A stretch of 64,000 nucleotides of DNA from Faecalimonas sp. GTDB lineage: Bacteria; Bacillota; Clostridia; Lachnospirales; Lachnospiraceae. A program made the translations under genes and the position numbers. The notes beneath the pieces were generated by a model. The model had not been told where the DNA came from, made no database searches, and saw nothing but the letters and a program-made list of their open reading frames with translations. The DNA lies in NCBI GenBank assembly GCA_045648005.1, contig JAZRND010000050.1, forward strand, positions 4,458-68,457. Reading direction: 5' to 3'. Below are positions 9,264 to 19,649 of the stretch, in pieces. Position 1 is the stretch's first letter. The number at the start of each line of letters is the position of its first letter.

Positions 9264-9985
9264 GCATTTTTTATTAACATTTCACTAATTATACTTTGAC
9301 AAGTTGCCCCAATTACTTTTTGTTCATCTCGACTTAAATCCTTTGGATAAATAGGTTTTCCATACTCAATGACGACATGATTTTTTTTGAGTATCGGGAA
9401 ATGACTTTCCAAAATGTCGGCAGTGTTATTTAAAGCTACCGGCACAATCGGACATCCGGTTTTTAATGCGATTTTAAAAGAGCCTTCTTTAAATGGCAGC
9501 AGGCTTAATTCTTCACCTGTGTTGCGTGTGCCCTCTGGAAAAATCCACATGGACACACCTTGTTTTATATATTCAATCGCTTGCAAGATAATTTTCATAC
9601 CTTGCTTGATATCGTTTCTGTCTAGGAACAAGCAGTATAAGAGGCGCATCCATACACGTAGTCCCGGGACTTTTGCTAAACTGTCTTTGGCTACGAATCC
9701 TGTTAGTCGTTTGCAATGAGTATAGGCAATGACAATATCAAAGAAACTTCTGTGATTTCCAACAAACAAAGAGGTCTCCTCCGGAATGTTTTCTAATCCG
9801 ATGACAGTCATCTTGGTTCCGGTGATTTTTAAAATCACTCGAAAAGCCCATTGCACAATGCGAAGGCAACTATAATCTTTTGCCTGTTTATTGAATTTTC
9901 CGACAATCCATTCTACGAAGAAGAGAATGTAGGAAAAAAGTAAAAATAACACCACGAAAATAACTGCTATTATCAATCGAATCAT
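9245..9985 (-). CDS. plsC: 1-acyl-sn-glycerol-3-phosphate acyltransferase
   Basis: NHRSFFD (HX4D) and IFPEGTR motifs. Confidence 0.9.
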   Translation of the reverse strand: MIRLIIAVIFVVLFLLFSYILFFVEWIVGKFNKQAKDYSCLRIVQWAFRVILKITGTKMTVIGLENIPEETSLFVGNHRSFFDIVIAYTHCKRLTGFVAKDSLAKVPGLRVWMRLLYCLFLDRNDIKQGMKIILQAIEYIKQGVSMWIFPEGTRNTGEELSLLPFKEGSFKIALKTGCPIVPVALNNTADILESHFPILKKNHVVIEYGKPIYPKDLSRDEQKVIGATCQSIISEMLIKNAKELAP

Positions 9986-10002
9986 ATGCTGTCTCCTTTT
10001 TA

Positions 10003-11505
10003 TTATCTTCCATATATGCGTGTAATTTTTGCCAGTGCTTCGGCCAATCCATTAGACAATGCGTGCTTCGTATAGCGCCAAGCCCAATTATTAGTTCCTA
10101 TTCCCGGCGTATTCATGCGTCCTTCCTCGCCAATTCCCAGAATATCCTGCATTGGGATAATGGCATAGGTTGCAATGGAGCCCAAACAGGTGCGTAAAAA
10201 ATCCCAGTGCACACTGTTTCCGTCTGTATTCATATAACAACGAATTTTATCTCTAGAATATTCGGAAGCAGATGCATACCAACCTTTCGTTGTATTGTTG
10301 TCATGAGTTCCGGTATAGCAAACACAGTTGATGGTAGTAAACTGGTGTGGTAGGAAAGTACTTTCATCTTCGCTGTCAAAGGCAAACTGAAGGACCTTCA
10401 TTCCTGGAAAACCGAATTGGTCGCGCAAAGCTTCTACTTCCGGTGTAATAATGCCAAGGTCCTCGGCAATGATCGGAAGTCCTTTTCCTAATGCTCGTTC
10501 AATTGCAAGGAATAAGTCGGCTCCAGGTCCTGGTTCCCATTTCCCATTTATTGCAGTTTCTTCACCATATGGAATCGACCAATAGGATTCTAAACCGCGG
10601 AAATGGTCAATACGCAGATAATCGCACAGTTGCAGTTGATGACGTACTCTAGACACCCACCATTGATACCCATCTTTCTTTTGTGCGCTCCAATCATATA
10701 GTGGATTTCCCCACAATTGACCGGTAGCAGAAAAATAATCTGGTGGAACTCCAGCCACAACAGTTGGATAGCCCTCTGAATCTAATTGGAACAACTCTTG
10801 ATTTGCCCAAACATCGGCACTGTCCAGAGAAATGAATAGTGGTATGTCTCCGATAATTTGCACTTCTCGTTCATTTGCGTATTTCTTTAATGCACTCCAT
10901 TCTTCATGGAAGATGAATTGTACAAAATAGTAATAATTAATTTCTTTGCTTAAATTTTCTTGGAGTTTAGCTTTCGTAGCAGGAGTTGGGATACGATATT
11001 CTTTTTCCCAAGCGAGCCATTCGCGCCCTTCGTGCATATCTTTGCATGCCATGTAAAGCGCATAGTCCTTAAGCCAGTAAGCCTGTTCATTGATGAAATC
11101 TTGAAACGCCTTCAACATGTTATCAGTGGCTTGTCGGTCAAAAGTAAGAAAAGCTTTTTTTAGAAGAGCTGTTTTCCAAGGAATAATAGTCCCGTAATCT
11201 ATGCAATCATCTTTTTCGACTGGGCAATTTTCTAGGTCCCTTTCTTGTAGAAATCCCAATTCAACCAGGTGCGCCGGACTAATTAAAAGTGGTTGACCGG
11301 CGAAAGCGGAAAAACCTTGATATGGAGAATCGCCAAAGCCAGTTGGTGTCAGAGGCAATGTTTGCCATAAATGTTGTCCAGACTTCTGCAAAAAGTCTAT
11401 AAAATCGTAAGCAGCCTGTCCAAAATCTCCAATTCCATAGGCCGAAGGCAAGGATGTTGGGTGCAGCAGGATGCCGGATAGTCGTTTTATTTTGTTGTCA
11501 TTCAT
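10003..11505 (-). CDS. malQ: 4-alpha-glucanotransferase (amylomaltase, GH77), copy 1
   Basis: GILLHPTSLP, DSPYQ, GVPPDYFSATGQLWGNPLY, RIDHFRG, AEDLG, YTGTHDN. Confidence 0.95.
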   Translation of the reverse strand: MNDNKIKRLSGILLHPTSLPSAYGIGDFGQAAYDFIDFLQKSGQHLWQTLPLTPTGFGDSPYQGFSAFAGQPLLISPAHLVELGFLQERDLENCPVEKDDCIDYGTIIPWKTALLKKAFLTFDRQATDNMLKAFQDFINEQAYWLKDYALYMACKDMHEGREWLAWEKEYRIPTPATKAKLQENLSKEINYYYFVQFIFHEEWSALKKYANEREVQIIGDIPLFISLDSADVWANQELFQLDSEGYPTVVAGVPPDYFSATGQLWGNPLYDWSAQKKDGYQWWVSRVRHQLQLCDYLRIDHFRGLESYWSIPYGEETAINGKWEPGPGADLFLAIERALGKGLPIIAEDLGIITPEVEALRDQFGFPGMKVLQFAFDSEDESTFLPHQFTTINCVCYTGTHDNNTTKGWYASASEYSRDKIRCYMNTDGNSVHWDFLRTCLGSIATYAIIPMQDILGIGEEGRMNTPGIGTNNWAWRYTKHALSNGLAEALAKITRIYGR

Positions 11506-11615
11506 ATTTTTAACCTCAAATTTTATTTACAATACATTTATTATACAAAACTCTCTTTCCAATGGCAAGATTTGTGATATAATCATTATTAAAGTTTACA
11601 AAAGGAGAGACCGTT

Positions 11616-13070
11616 ATGGAGAGACGAAATCTAACTTTATTAACAGATTTATATGAATTGACAATGATGCAGGGATATTTTGAACGGCAGGAAAATGAAA
11701 TGGTTGTGTTCGATATGTTTTTCCGTTCCAATCCTAACAAATCCGGATATTCTATTGCAGCCGGGCTTGATCAAGTAATTCAATATATTAAAAATCTGAA
11801 TTTCACTTATGAGGACGTAGAGTATCTTCGCAGTTTACATATTTTCAGTGAAGAATTTTTGCATTACTTAAGTGGTTTTCACTTTAGTGGTAGCATTTAT
11901 GCAATTCCGGAAGGAACTGTTGTTTTTCCAAAGGAACCACTCCTAAAAGTAGTAGCTCCGATTATGGAAGCCCAATTAATCGAAACAGCGATTTTGAATA
12001 TTATTAACCATCAGTCTTTGATTGCTACGAAAGCAGCACGCGTGGTTTACGCTGCAGAGGGGGATGGAATTATGGAATTCGGACTTCGCCGGGCACAAGG
12101 ACCGGATGCCGGATTATATGGTGCAAGAGCTGCGATGATAGGTGGATGCGTTGGAACATCCAATGTTCTTGCAGGGCAATTGTTTGATGTGCCGGTGAAA
12201 GGCACACATGCTCATAGTTGGATTATGAGTTTCCAAGATGAGTATATTGCATTTAAGACTTATGCAAATCTTTATCCAGCTGCCTGCATTTTGCTAGTGG
12301 ATACTTATGATACATTAAAATCCGGTGTTCCAAATGCCATTAAGGTATTTACAGAAATGAGGGAAGCCGGAATAGAACTTAAAAACTATGGTATTCGCTT
12401 GGACAGCGGTGACCTTGCATATTTGTCAAAGAAAGCTCGTAAGATGTTAGATGAGGCGGGATTTGAAGATGCTGTCATCTCTGCGTCAAACGATTTGGAT
12501 GAATTTTTAATCCATGACCTCAAAATGCAGGGAGCCAAGATTACTTCTTGGGGTGTAGGAACGAACCTTATTACATCCAAAGATTGTCCGTCTTTCGGTG
12601 GAGTTTATAAATTGGCAGCCATTCAACAAGAAGACGGAACATTTTTGTCAAAGATTAAACTTTCTGAAAACACAGAAAAAATTACCAATCCAGGAAATAA
12701 AACCATTTATCGTGTTTACGATAAAGAAACAGGAAAGCTCCGTGCAGATTTGATTTCTTTTGCAGATGAAACCTTTGATGAATCTCAAGATTTGCGGTTA
12801 TTCGACCCGGTGGAACCTTGGAAGAAAACGAAACTGACCGGCGGAAGTTATACCATGCAAGAGATTTTGCTTCCAATTTTTGTAAATGGACAGTGTGTCT
12901 ATGAGTCACCTTCTGTTATGGAAATTGCAGCATATTGCAAACAGCAGAAAGATACTTTATGGGATGAAACAAAACGTCTTTTCAACCCACATAAAGTATA
13001 TGTGGATTTGTCGCAGAAATTATACGACGAAAAACAGAAATTATTAAATGAAAAGCATGAGGCTGAATAA
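11616..13070 (+). CDS. pncB: Nicotinate phosphoribosyltransferase
   Basis: LLTDLYELTM, EFGLRRAQG, GTHAHS, LVDTYD, IRLDSGDL, GVGT, GVYKL. Confidence 0.95.
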   Translation: MERRNLTLLTDLYELTMMQGYFERQENEMVVFDMFFRSNPNKSGYSIAAGLDQVIQYIKNLNFTYEDVEYLRSLHIFSEEFLHYLSGFHFSGSIYAIPEGTVVFPKEPLLKVVAPIMEAQLIETAILNIINHQSLIATKAARVVYAAEGDGIMEFGLRRAQGPDAGLYGARAAMIGGCVGTSNVLAGQLFDVPVKGTHAHSWIMSFQDEYIAFKTYANLYPAACILLVDTYDTLKSGVPNAIKVFTEMREAGIELKNYGIRLDSGDLAYLSKKARKMLDEAGFEDAVISASNDLDEFLIHDLKMQGAKITSWGVGTNLITSKDCPSFGGVYKLAAIQQEDGTFLSKIKLSENTEKITNPGNKTIYRVYDKETGKLRADLISFADETFDESQDLRLFDPVEPWKKTKLTGGSYTMQEILLPIFVNGQCVYESPSVMEIAAYCKQQKDTLWDETKRLFNPHKVYVDLSQKLYDEKQKLLNEKHEAE

Positions 13071-13088
13071 TAAAGGGGTATTGTAATT

Positions 13089-14144
13089 ATGAGAATCGTA
13101 GTATTAGCCGGTGGATTAAGTACAGAGCGTGATGTTTCGCTTGCGTCTGGAGCCGGCATCTGCAGGACATTAAGAGAAAGAGGCCATGAAGCATTTTTAT
13201 TAGATGTGTATCTGGGCTTCCCATATGAACGGAATAAATTAGAAGAGGTCTTTACCCTCCCAAATGCGGGATTAGAGATTGCGGAAGGTATCAAAACGAC
13301 AGAGCCAGATTTGGCGGCAGTGAAAGCATCTAGAGCGGACCAGTCAGATTGTTTTGTAGGACCTAATGTAATTGAAATTTGTCGAATGGCCGATATTGTG
13401 TTTATGGCTCTTCATGGAGATGTGGGAGAAAACGGAAAACTACAGGCAACTTTTGATATATTGGGGATTAAATATACAGGACCAAATTATTTGGGAAGTG
13501 CTTTGGCAATGGATAAAGGAATTGCGAAGAAAATCTTTAAAATGTCCGGTGTTCCGACTCCACTTGGAACTTCTATCAAAATAGGGCAGAAAGATTCTAA
13601 ATTAGAAGAACTGGGGCTGCAATTGCCGGTGGTTGTAAAACCTTGTGCCGGTGGTTCCAGTATCGGTGTCTACATTGTAAATACAGAAGAAGAGTATGAA
13701 AAAGCAATTGAGAAATCTTTCCAATCGGAAAAGGAAGTGGTGATAGAACCATATATCAAAGGGCGCGAATTTGCCGTGGGAATTATCGACGGTAAGGCTC
13801 TTCCGGTTATTGAGATTATCCCGAAATCTGGATTTTTTGATTATGCAAATAAGTATCAGGCAGGATGTACAGAAGAGATTTGTCCGGCATCGATTCCAGA
13901 AGCGGTTGCAAAGAAAATGCAGCAGGCAACGGAGTTAGCTTTTAAATCACTTAAATTAGATATCTACTCTCGCGCAGATTTCTTGTTGGATGAGAAGGGA
14001 GATATTTATTGTTTGGAAGTTAACACACTTCCGGGTATGACAGCTACCAGCTTGTTACCACAAGAAGCGAAGGCTGCCGGCATTGAATATGGAGAACTTT
14101 GTGAACTCATTATTCAAAAATCATTAGAACGCTACGATGTATAA
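13089..14144 (+). CDS. ddl: D-alanine--D-alanine ligase
   Basis: GGLSTERDVSL, LHG..GENG, GSSIG, FDYANKY, EVNTLPGMT. Confidence 0.95.
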   Translation: MRIVVLAGGLSTERDVSLASGAGICRTLRERGHEAFLLDVYLGFPYERNKLEEVFTLPNAGLEIAEGIKTTEPDLAAVKASRADQSDCFVGPNVIEICRMADIVFMALHGDVGENGKLQATFDILGIKYTGPNYLGSALAMDKGIAKKIFKMSGVPTPLGTSIKIGQKDSKLEELGLQLPVVVKPCAGGSSIGVYIVNTEEEYEKAIEKSFQSEKEVVIEPYIKGREFAVGIIDGKALPVIEIIPKSGFFDYANKYQAGCTEEICPASIPEAVAKKMQQATELAFKSLKLDIYSRADFLLDEKGDIYCLEVNTLPGMTATSLLPQEAKAAGIEYGELCELIIQKSLERYDV

Positions 14145-14157
14145 TCGGAGGACCATT

Positions 14158-15534
14158 ATGAAAGCAATGTCGTTGAGAGAAATCGCCCTTGCGTGTGGCG
14201 GACAATACTTTGGTGATTCAGCTATGTTGGATTTGCAAGTTACCGGAGTAGCAATTGACAGCAGAAAAATAGAAGAAGGGTATCTTTTTATCCCTATTAA
14301 AGGTGAACGGGTAGACGGCCATTCCTTTATCACTCAAGTGATGGAAAAAGGAGCTTTTTGTACCTTGAGTGAGCAAGAGCTGAAAGGGGCGTCTCATCCG
14401 TATATTTTAGTGCAATCCTGTAAGCAAGCTTTAAAGGATTTAGCTGAGCATTATCGCAAGGCACTTGGCATTCTAGTCGTGGGAATTACAGGTAGTGTGG
14501 GAAAAACAAGTACCAAAGAGATGATAGCATCTGTACTTTCACAAAAGTACAAAGTGCTTAAAACAGAGGGAAATTTTAATAACGAAATCGGTCTTCCATT
14601 AACGGTATTTCAGATTCGGGAGGATCATGAAGTGGCTGTTCTTGAAATGGGTATTAACCATTTTGAAGAAATGCATCGTTTGGCAAAAGTGGCAAGGCCA
14701 GACATTTGTGTGATTACCAACATCGGTATTTGCCATTTAGAAAATCTAATTGACAGAGAAGGTGTGTTAAAAGCAAAGACAGAAATGTTTGATTATATGC
14801 AAGCAGGCGCAAAGATTGTTCTAAATGGAGATGATGATAAGCTCATTACAGTCCGAGAACGAGATGGGTTATCTCCTCTTTATTTTGGATTGTCCAACGA
14901 GATGGATGCTTATGCAGATCATATCCAAAGTTTATCTTTAAAGGGCACTTCCTGTACTTTGCATTTGGGGCAGGCAAAAGTGGAAACAGTGATTCCGATT
15001 CCGGGAAAACATATGGTATATAATGCCTTGGCAGGTGCAATGGTAGGTCATCAATTGGGATTAAGTATGGAACAAATTAAGGCGGGGATTGAAAGTCTTG
15101 CGCCAGTATCCGGTCGTAATCATTTGATTGAAAGCGATAGTCTGATGATTTTAGATGATTGCTATAATGCAAATCCGGTTTCAACCAAAGCGTCCATAGA
15201 TGTGTTGGCCACAGCCGACACTCGTAAAGTTGCCATCTTGGGTGACATGTTCGAATTGGGCGAGCAAGAAAAAGAGTTGCACTATGAAGTGGGCGAACAC
15301 GCTGCTCAAAAAGAAATAGATGTGCTTGTGGCAATTGGTGATTTATCTGCGAACACAGCAAAAGGTGCATCAGGGAAGAAAACAGAAGTTTTTTATTTTA
15401 AAACAAAGGCAGAATTTCTTTCCGAAGCAGAGCAGATTTTAAAGAAGGGAGATACTGTGTTAGTGAAAGCCTCCCATGGAATGCAATTTCCGGAAATTGT
15501 AGAGGAATTACAGAAGAGAACGTTACGCGATTGA
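14158..15534 (+). CDS. murF: UDP-MurNAc-tripeptide--D-Ala-D-Ala ligase
   Basis: DSRK, ITGSVGKTSTKE, NFNNEIGLP, DDCYNANP, LGDMFELG, KASHG. Start at 14158 after GGAGG. Confidence 0.95.
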   Translation: MKAMSLREIALACGGQYFGDSAMLDLQVTGVAIDSRKIEEGYLFIPIKGERVDGHSFITQVMEKGAFCTLSEQELKGASHPYILVQSCKQALKDLAEHYRKALGILVVGITGSVGKTSTKEMIASVLSQKYKVLKTEGNFNNEIGLPLTVFQIREDHEVAVLEMGINHFEEMHRLAKVARPDICVITNIGICHLENLIDREGVLKAKTEMFDYMQAGAKIVLNGDDDKLITVRERDGLSPLYFGLSNEMDAYADHIQSLSLKGTSCTLHLGQAKVETVIPIPGKHMVYNALAGAMVGHQLGLSMEQIKAGIESLAPVSGRNHLIESDSLMILDDCYNANPVSTKASIDVLATADTRKVAILGDMFELGEQEKELHYEVGEHAAQKEIDVLVAIGDLSANTAKGASGKKTEVFYFKTKAEFLSEAEQILKKGDTVLVKASHGMQFPEIVEELQKRTLRD

Positions 15535-15555
15535 TAAATTTATGCGGGGGAAAGC

Positions 15556-16605
15556 ATGAGCAAAGATAGCAGAATTCAACAAAAAAGGAACAAATCTATA
15601 AATAGCATCAAAAGCATTTTAATTTTAGTATCAATTAGTATTCTTGTAGTCATTGCAGGAGTTGCTACAATATATTATTCCGCCAATAAAACTGCGCAAC
15701 AACAAATCTATAAACAAGAGCAAATAGAATTGGCAGAAAAAGCAGTTTCAGAGAAAGATTACGATCTCGCAATTGAGATTTTAAAGAAACTTCAAAACAG
15801 TGATAAAGATGAAGAGATTTTACAATTAATACAAAAATGCAAAATGCTTGAATTAAAAGAAAGTATAGTTGTCAAATTGACAAATTTTACAATTGTTGAA
15901 GCCCAGCCTAGTTTAGGACAATACAATGAAGAGTTCCTTTGGAAGTGTCACTTTACAAACAATACAGACAAGTCTATCAAAGGGCTAGAAATTACGGCAA
16001 TATTTTCAGATATGTTTGGGGATGAAGTGAAAAAAGCAAAATGCAAATTCACAAAAGCAACAGTGAATGTGGGAGAAGGATACGGAGAGGCTTTCTCATT
16101 AAATATAAGTTCAAGTGACGCACGGTTAGTCACATTGGTAAAAGAAGAAATTCTTTTTGATTACCATATTAATGCAGTAGTGTATGAGGATGGAACAAAA
16201 TTTTTGTTTAATGTTTACCAGGGTTATGTAGCAGAAGCTGTTAACGAGGAGGCATTTATCGAAAAAGATACGGATACTCAAGTCGACGACTCACAGACAA
16301 TATCAAATGATCAAACAATACTTCAAAATAGCAATGGTGGGTTGGGTTTTGAGTCACCAAGTAACAATGCTAATTCCAACAATAATAGCAGTTCCAACAC
16401 CACAAATAGTCTTAATGGTGATCAAACAATACTTCAAAATAACAATGGTGGTGGGATTGGTTTTGAGTCACCAAGTAACAATACTAATTCTAATAATAAT
16501 AGCAATTCCAATACTACAAACAGTCCTAGTGGGGAGGCAAACGATTCTTTGGATAATAACAATAAAGAGGACTATGACGATTCCTCATGGTCTGTACCCT
16601 TTTAG
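15556..16605 (+). CDS. Hypothetical membrane-anchored protein with Asn/Ser-rich repeated C-terminal tail
   Basis: One N-terminal TM helix, a short helical segment, a beta-rich domain (FTNNTDKSIKG) and a low-complexity tail; no family recognised. Confidence 0.75.
   Translation: MSKDSRIQQKRNKSINSIKSILILVSISILVVIAGVATIYYSANKTAQQQIYKQEQIELAEKAVSEKDYDLAIEILKKLQNSDKDEEILQLIQKCKMLELKESIVVKLTNFTIVEAQPSLGQYNEEFLWKCHFTNNTDKSIKGLEITAIFSDMFGDEVKKAKCKFTKATVNVGEGYGEAFSLNISSSDARLVTLVKEEILFDYHINAVVYEDGTKFLFNVYQGYVAEAVNEEAFIEKDTDTQVDDSQTISNDQTILQNSNGGLGFESPSNNANSNNNSSSNTTNSLNGDQTILQNNNGGGIGFESPSNNTNSNNNSNSNTTNSPSGEANDSLDNNNKEDYDDSSWSVPF
16309..16530 (+). repeat. Imperfect in-frame tandem duplication, 111-nt period, two copies
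   Basis: GATCAAACAATACTTCAAAAT starts at 16309 and 16420; both copies encode DQTILQN.NGG..GFESPSNN.NSNNNS.SNTTNS. Confidence 0.9.
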
Positions 16606-16650
16606 GCGAGATTGATGTATATCAAGGAAAAGCATTACAAGCAAAGAACG

Positions 16651-16695
16651 AAAATGAGAGTCTGTTAGAATGAACAAACAGACTCTTTATTTTTT
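16651..16695 (+). terminator. Intrinsic terminator
   Basis: AGAGTCTGTT...AACAGACTCT stem followed by T-rich tract. Confidence 0.7.
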
Positions 16696-16753
16696 AGGTC
16701 TTTTTTCAGGCGTTTCTGTGTATGATAGTAAAGAAATCATATGTGGAGATGCC

Positions 16754-17161
16754 ATGAAAAAAATTCTTTTTGCTCTTTTGTGTATGGCCTTGTTCTGTCT
16801 TGTGACAGGCTGTTCGGCAGGAAAAATCAGTACACAAAAAATTAGGGATATAGACTTTACAGTGGTAGATGAACATAACATTCCTGAAGAACTGGAGGAA
16901 AAAATAGACGATAAGGAGGAAAAACCATTTAAACTCACCTATGCAGACAAAGGAGCTCTTTACATTGCAGTTGGTTATGGGAAGCAAAAGACCAGTGGTT
17001 ACAGTATAAAAGTTACTGACCTTTATGAGACGGAAAATGCACTCTATATACACACGAACCTAATAGGACCTGCCAAAGATGAAAAGATTGTGGAAGAAGA
17101 AACATATCCATATATCGCTATAAAATTGGAATATATTGACAAAAATGTGGTGTTTGAGTAA
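16754..17161 (+). CDS. PrcB C-terminal domain lipoprotein
   Basis: Lipobox VTGC; YIAVGYGKQKTSGYSI...TYPYI motif typical of PrcB_C. Confidence 0.75.
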   Translation: MKKILFALLCMALFCLVTGCSAGKISTQKIRDIDFTVVDEHNIPEELEEKIDDKEEKPFKLTYADKGALYIAVGYGKQKTSGYSIKVTDLYETENALYIHTNLIGPAKDEKIVEEETYPYIAIKLEYIDKNVVFE

Positions 17162-17173
17162 AGGAGAGGAAGA

Positions 17174-18733
17174 ATGGAGATTCTTACAAAGCAAATTGAA
17201 ACAAATCAGGTGATGAAAAAAATTGTTGATCAGTTTATGCTGGATGAAGATTACAATGTTCCGGACAGCAAAAGCGATGTACAGAAAATTATTATGAGCG
17301 AGGGACACGTTCATATCAGTGAAATGAAACCAGTGGAGAACTATCTTCGGGTACAAGGTAAATTGGATTTTCATATTTTGTATATTGCAGAAGGAATAGA
17401 ACCTGTTTTTCACAACATGGAAGGGCAGATACCTTTTGTAGAAATGGTGTATATGGAAGATGGCACCGAGCAAAGTATGGATATAAAAAATGTTCATATT
17501 AAAATACAAGCCAGTCTTATACATTCACGAAAACTTCGCATCAAGGCTATGGTAGAATTGGAAATCGAATCCGAAAGACAAATCACATGGGATATTCCTG
17601 TGGATGTAGATGGGAGTCAGAAACTTTATAAAAAGAAAAAAGAAATGGATCTTTTAGAATTGCACAGCTCCAAGAAGGACACTTATCGCATCAAGGAAGA
17701 AATCACATTGCCGGGCACTAAAGAATCCATAGGAATTTTGCTATGGTCAGATGTTGCAAATCGGAGGTTGGATACCAAGTTGGTGACCGATGAATTGCAG
17801 ATTTCAGGAGAATTACTGCTGTTTTGTTTCTACGAGTCACCAGATGGTAAGATTGACTGGATTGAGCAAGCGATTCCTTATCAAGGAAGGGTAGAGTGTT
17901 ATGGAGCTGACGACACTATGTATCACCATGTAAGAGGAAATTTGGATGATGTACATACAGAGGTGCGAGTGGACGAAGATGGTGAAACTAGGATCATTGG
18001 AATCGAGGGCACGTTGCAACTCTTTATTGATATGTATAAAGAAGAACAAACAGAGATTTTGGAAGATGTGTATGCGCTAGATTGTAATTGCGTTCTGCAC
18101 AAAAAAGAAATGAACTGTGAGCAGCTTGTATTGCAAAATCATTCTAAATGTAAAGTTATGGAAAGAGTTTCCGTGCCGGAACTAAAAAATGAGATTTTAC
18201 AAATTTGTCACTGTAGTGGTTTTGTACAGATTGACCATATGGAAATGCAGGAAGATGGTGTGTTGGCAGAAGGTGCCTTGTATATTCGTGTTCTATATGT
18301 TAAGGCTAATGATAATACGCCGTTTGATACATGGCAGGGTGTAGTGCCATTTAGTCATTTGATAGAATGCAATCAAACGGGTGCAGATGTGCAATATTAC
18401 ATTTCGGCTATTTTGGAACAATTAAGCATTACGCTGCAAGGCGGGGATGAAATTGAAGTCAAGGCAGCTCTTGGCTTTCGAGGCTTTTTCAAGAAAGTAA
18501 AAACATGTTCTATGATTGAAAATATTCAGGTAGAACCGATTGATATGGAAGCTATAGAAAAACGTCCGAGTATTGTGGGGTATACAGTCAAAGAAGAGGA
18601 TGACTTGTGGACTTTGGCAAAGCGCTATAGCACGACCATGGAAAGTATTCGAGAGATGAATGAGATTGGGAATGAACCATTAAAAGCAGGAGACAGGTTA
18701 TTGATTTTCAAGGAAAATTTGAGTATACTGTAG
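17174..18733 (+). CDS. SPOCS (DUF3794) repeats plus C-terminal LysM; SipL-like spore coat morphogenetic protein
   Basis: Three similar ~150-aa blocks; C-terminal YTVKEEDDLWTLAKRYSTT LysM; location before ispE. Confidence 0.85.
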   Translation: MEILTKQIETNQVMKKIVDQFMLDEDYNVPDSKSDVQKIIMSEGHVHISEMKPVENYLRVQGKLDFHILYIAEGIEPVFHNMEGQIPFVEMVYMEDGTEQSMDIKNVHIKIQASLIHSRKLRIKAMVELEIESERQITWDIPVDVDGSQKLYKKKKEMDLLELHSSKKDTYRIKEEITLPGTKESIGILLWSDVANRRLDTKLVTDELQISGELLLFCFYESPDGKIDWIEQAIPYQGRVECYGADDTMYHHVRGNLDDVHTEVRVDEDGETRIIGIEGTLQLFIDMYKEEQTEILEDVYALDCNCVLHKKEMNCEQLVLQNHSKCKVMERVSVPELKNEILQICHCSGFVQIDHMEMQEDGVLAEGALYIRVLYVKANDNTPFDTWQGVVPFSHLIECNQTGADVQYYISAILEQLSITLQGGDEIEVKAALGFRGFFKKVKTCSMIENIQVEPIDMEAIEKRPSIVGYTVKEEDDLWTLAKRYSTTMESIREMNEIGNEPLKAGDRLLIFKENLSIL

Positions 18734-18769
18734 ATACTATGTATACAAAAAACAATGGGAGGAAAAAGC

Positions 18770-19648
18770 ATGGAAGATACAGTGATGCTAAAGGCTCTGG
18801 CGAAGATAAATTTAGGGCTTGATGTACTTGGAAGAAGAGAGAATGGTTATCATGATGTCAGAATGGTTATGCAGACTATCTACCTCTATGACAATGTGGC
18901 TATAACAAAAACGGATGAACCTGGTATACAAATTGAGAGCAATCTGTTTTATCTCCCGTTGGATGAAAATAATATCGCTTACAAGGCGGCAAAAAAACTG
19001 ATGGAAGAGTTTCATATTCAGGAGGGTGTCCGCATTGTTTTAGAAAAGCATATTCCTGTGGCAGCAGGAATGGCTGGTGGTAGTGCCAACGCAGCTGCAG
19101 TGTTAGTGGGGATGAACAGATTGTTTTCTTTGGGATTAAGCCAAGAAGACTTGATGGAGCGAGGGGTTTCTCTCGGAGCTGACGTTCCATATTGTGTCAT
19201 GAGAGGCACGGTACTGGCTGAAGGAATTGGAGAGATTTTAACGCCACTTCCGCCTTTGCCAAAGTGTTATGTTCTAGTGGCGAAACCAGGTGTCAGTGTA
19301 TCTACAAAGCATGTATATGAGAAATTAGATTCCAAGGAAATTGAAGACCATCCGGACATTGATGGAATTTTAGAAGGACTAGAAAAACAAGACCTTCGCA
19401 AGATAGCAGATTCCATGGGAAACGTATTAGAAAAGGTTACAATTGAGGAATATCCGGTTATTGCAGATATTAAGCGAATCATGAAAGAGGCAGGAGCTTT
19501 AAATGCCATGATGAGTGGAAGCGGTCCGACAGTGTTTGGAATCTTTGAAGATAAGAAGGCCGCCATGGAGGCGCGTACAACCATTAAAGCTATGGACATT
19601 GCAAAACAGGTTTACCTGGCAAATGTACACAATACAAGGAGGAAATAA
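18770..19648 (+). CDS. ispE: 4-diphosphocytidyl-2-C-methyl-D-erythritol kinase
   Basis: AKINLGLDV, IPVAAGMAGGSANAA, GADVPYC, MSGSGPTVF. Confidence 0.95.
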   Translation: MEDTVMLKALAKINLGLDVLGRRENGYHDVRMVMQTIYLYDNVAITKTDEPGIQIESNLFYLPLDENNIAYKAAKKLMEEFHIQEGVRIVLEKHIPVAAGMAGGSANAAAVLVGMNRLFSLGLSQEDLMERGVSLGADVPYCVMRGTVLAEGIGEILTPLPPLPKCYVLVAKPGVSVSTKHVYEKLDSKEIEDHPDIDGILEGLEKQDLRKIADSMGNVLEKVTIEEYPVIADIKRIMKEAGALNAMMSGSGPTVFGIFEDKKAAMEARTTIKAMDIAKQVYLANVHNTRRK

Positions 19649-19649
19649 C

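Noticed and set aside
13089-14144. Possible D-Ala-D-Lac ligase (vancomycin resistance)
   Set aside because: The omega loop reads FDYANKY, with the tyrosine typical of D-Ala-D-Ala ligases. It lies in a housekeeping ddl-murF context with no van genes.
16309-16530. Repeat considered as a CRISPR array or diversity-generating template
   Set aside because: Only two contiguous in-frame units, no unique spacers, and no cas or reverse transcriptase gene.
16307-16615. Hydrophobic 102-aa overlapping ORF in the repeat region
   Set aside because: A frame-shifted reading of AAT/AAC-rich Asn codons yields Ile/Thr-rich sequence automatically; no RBS.
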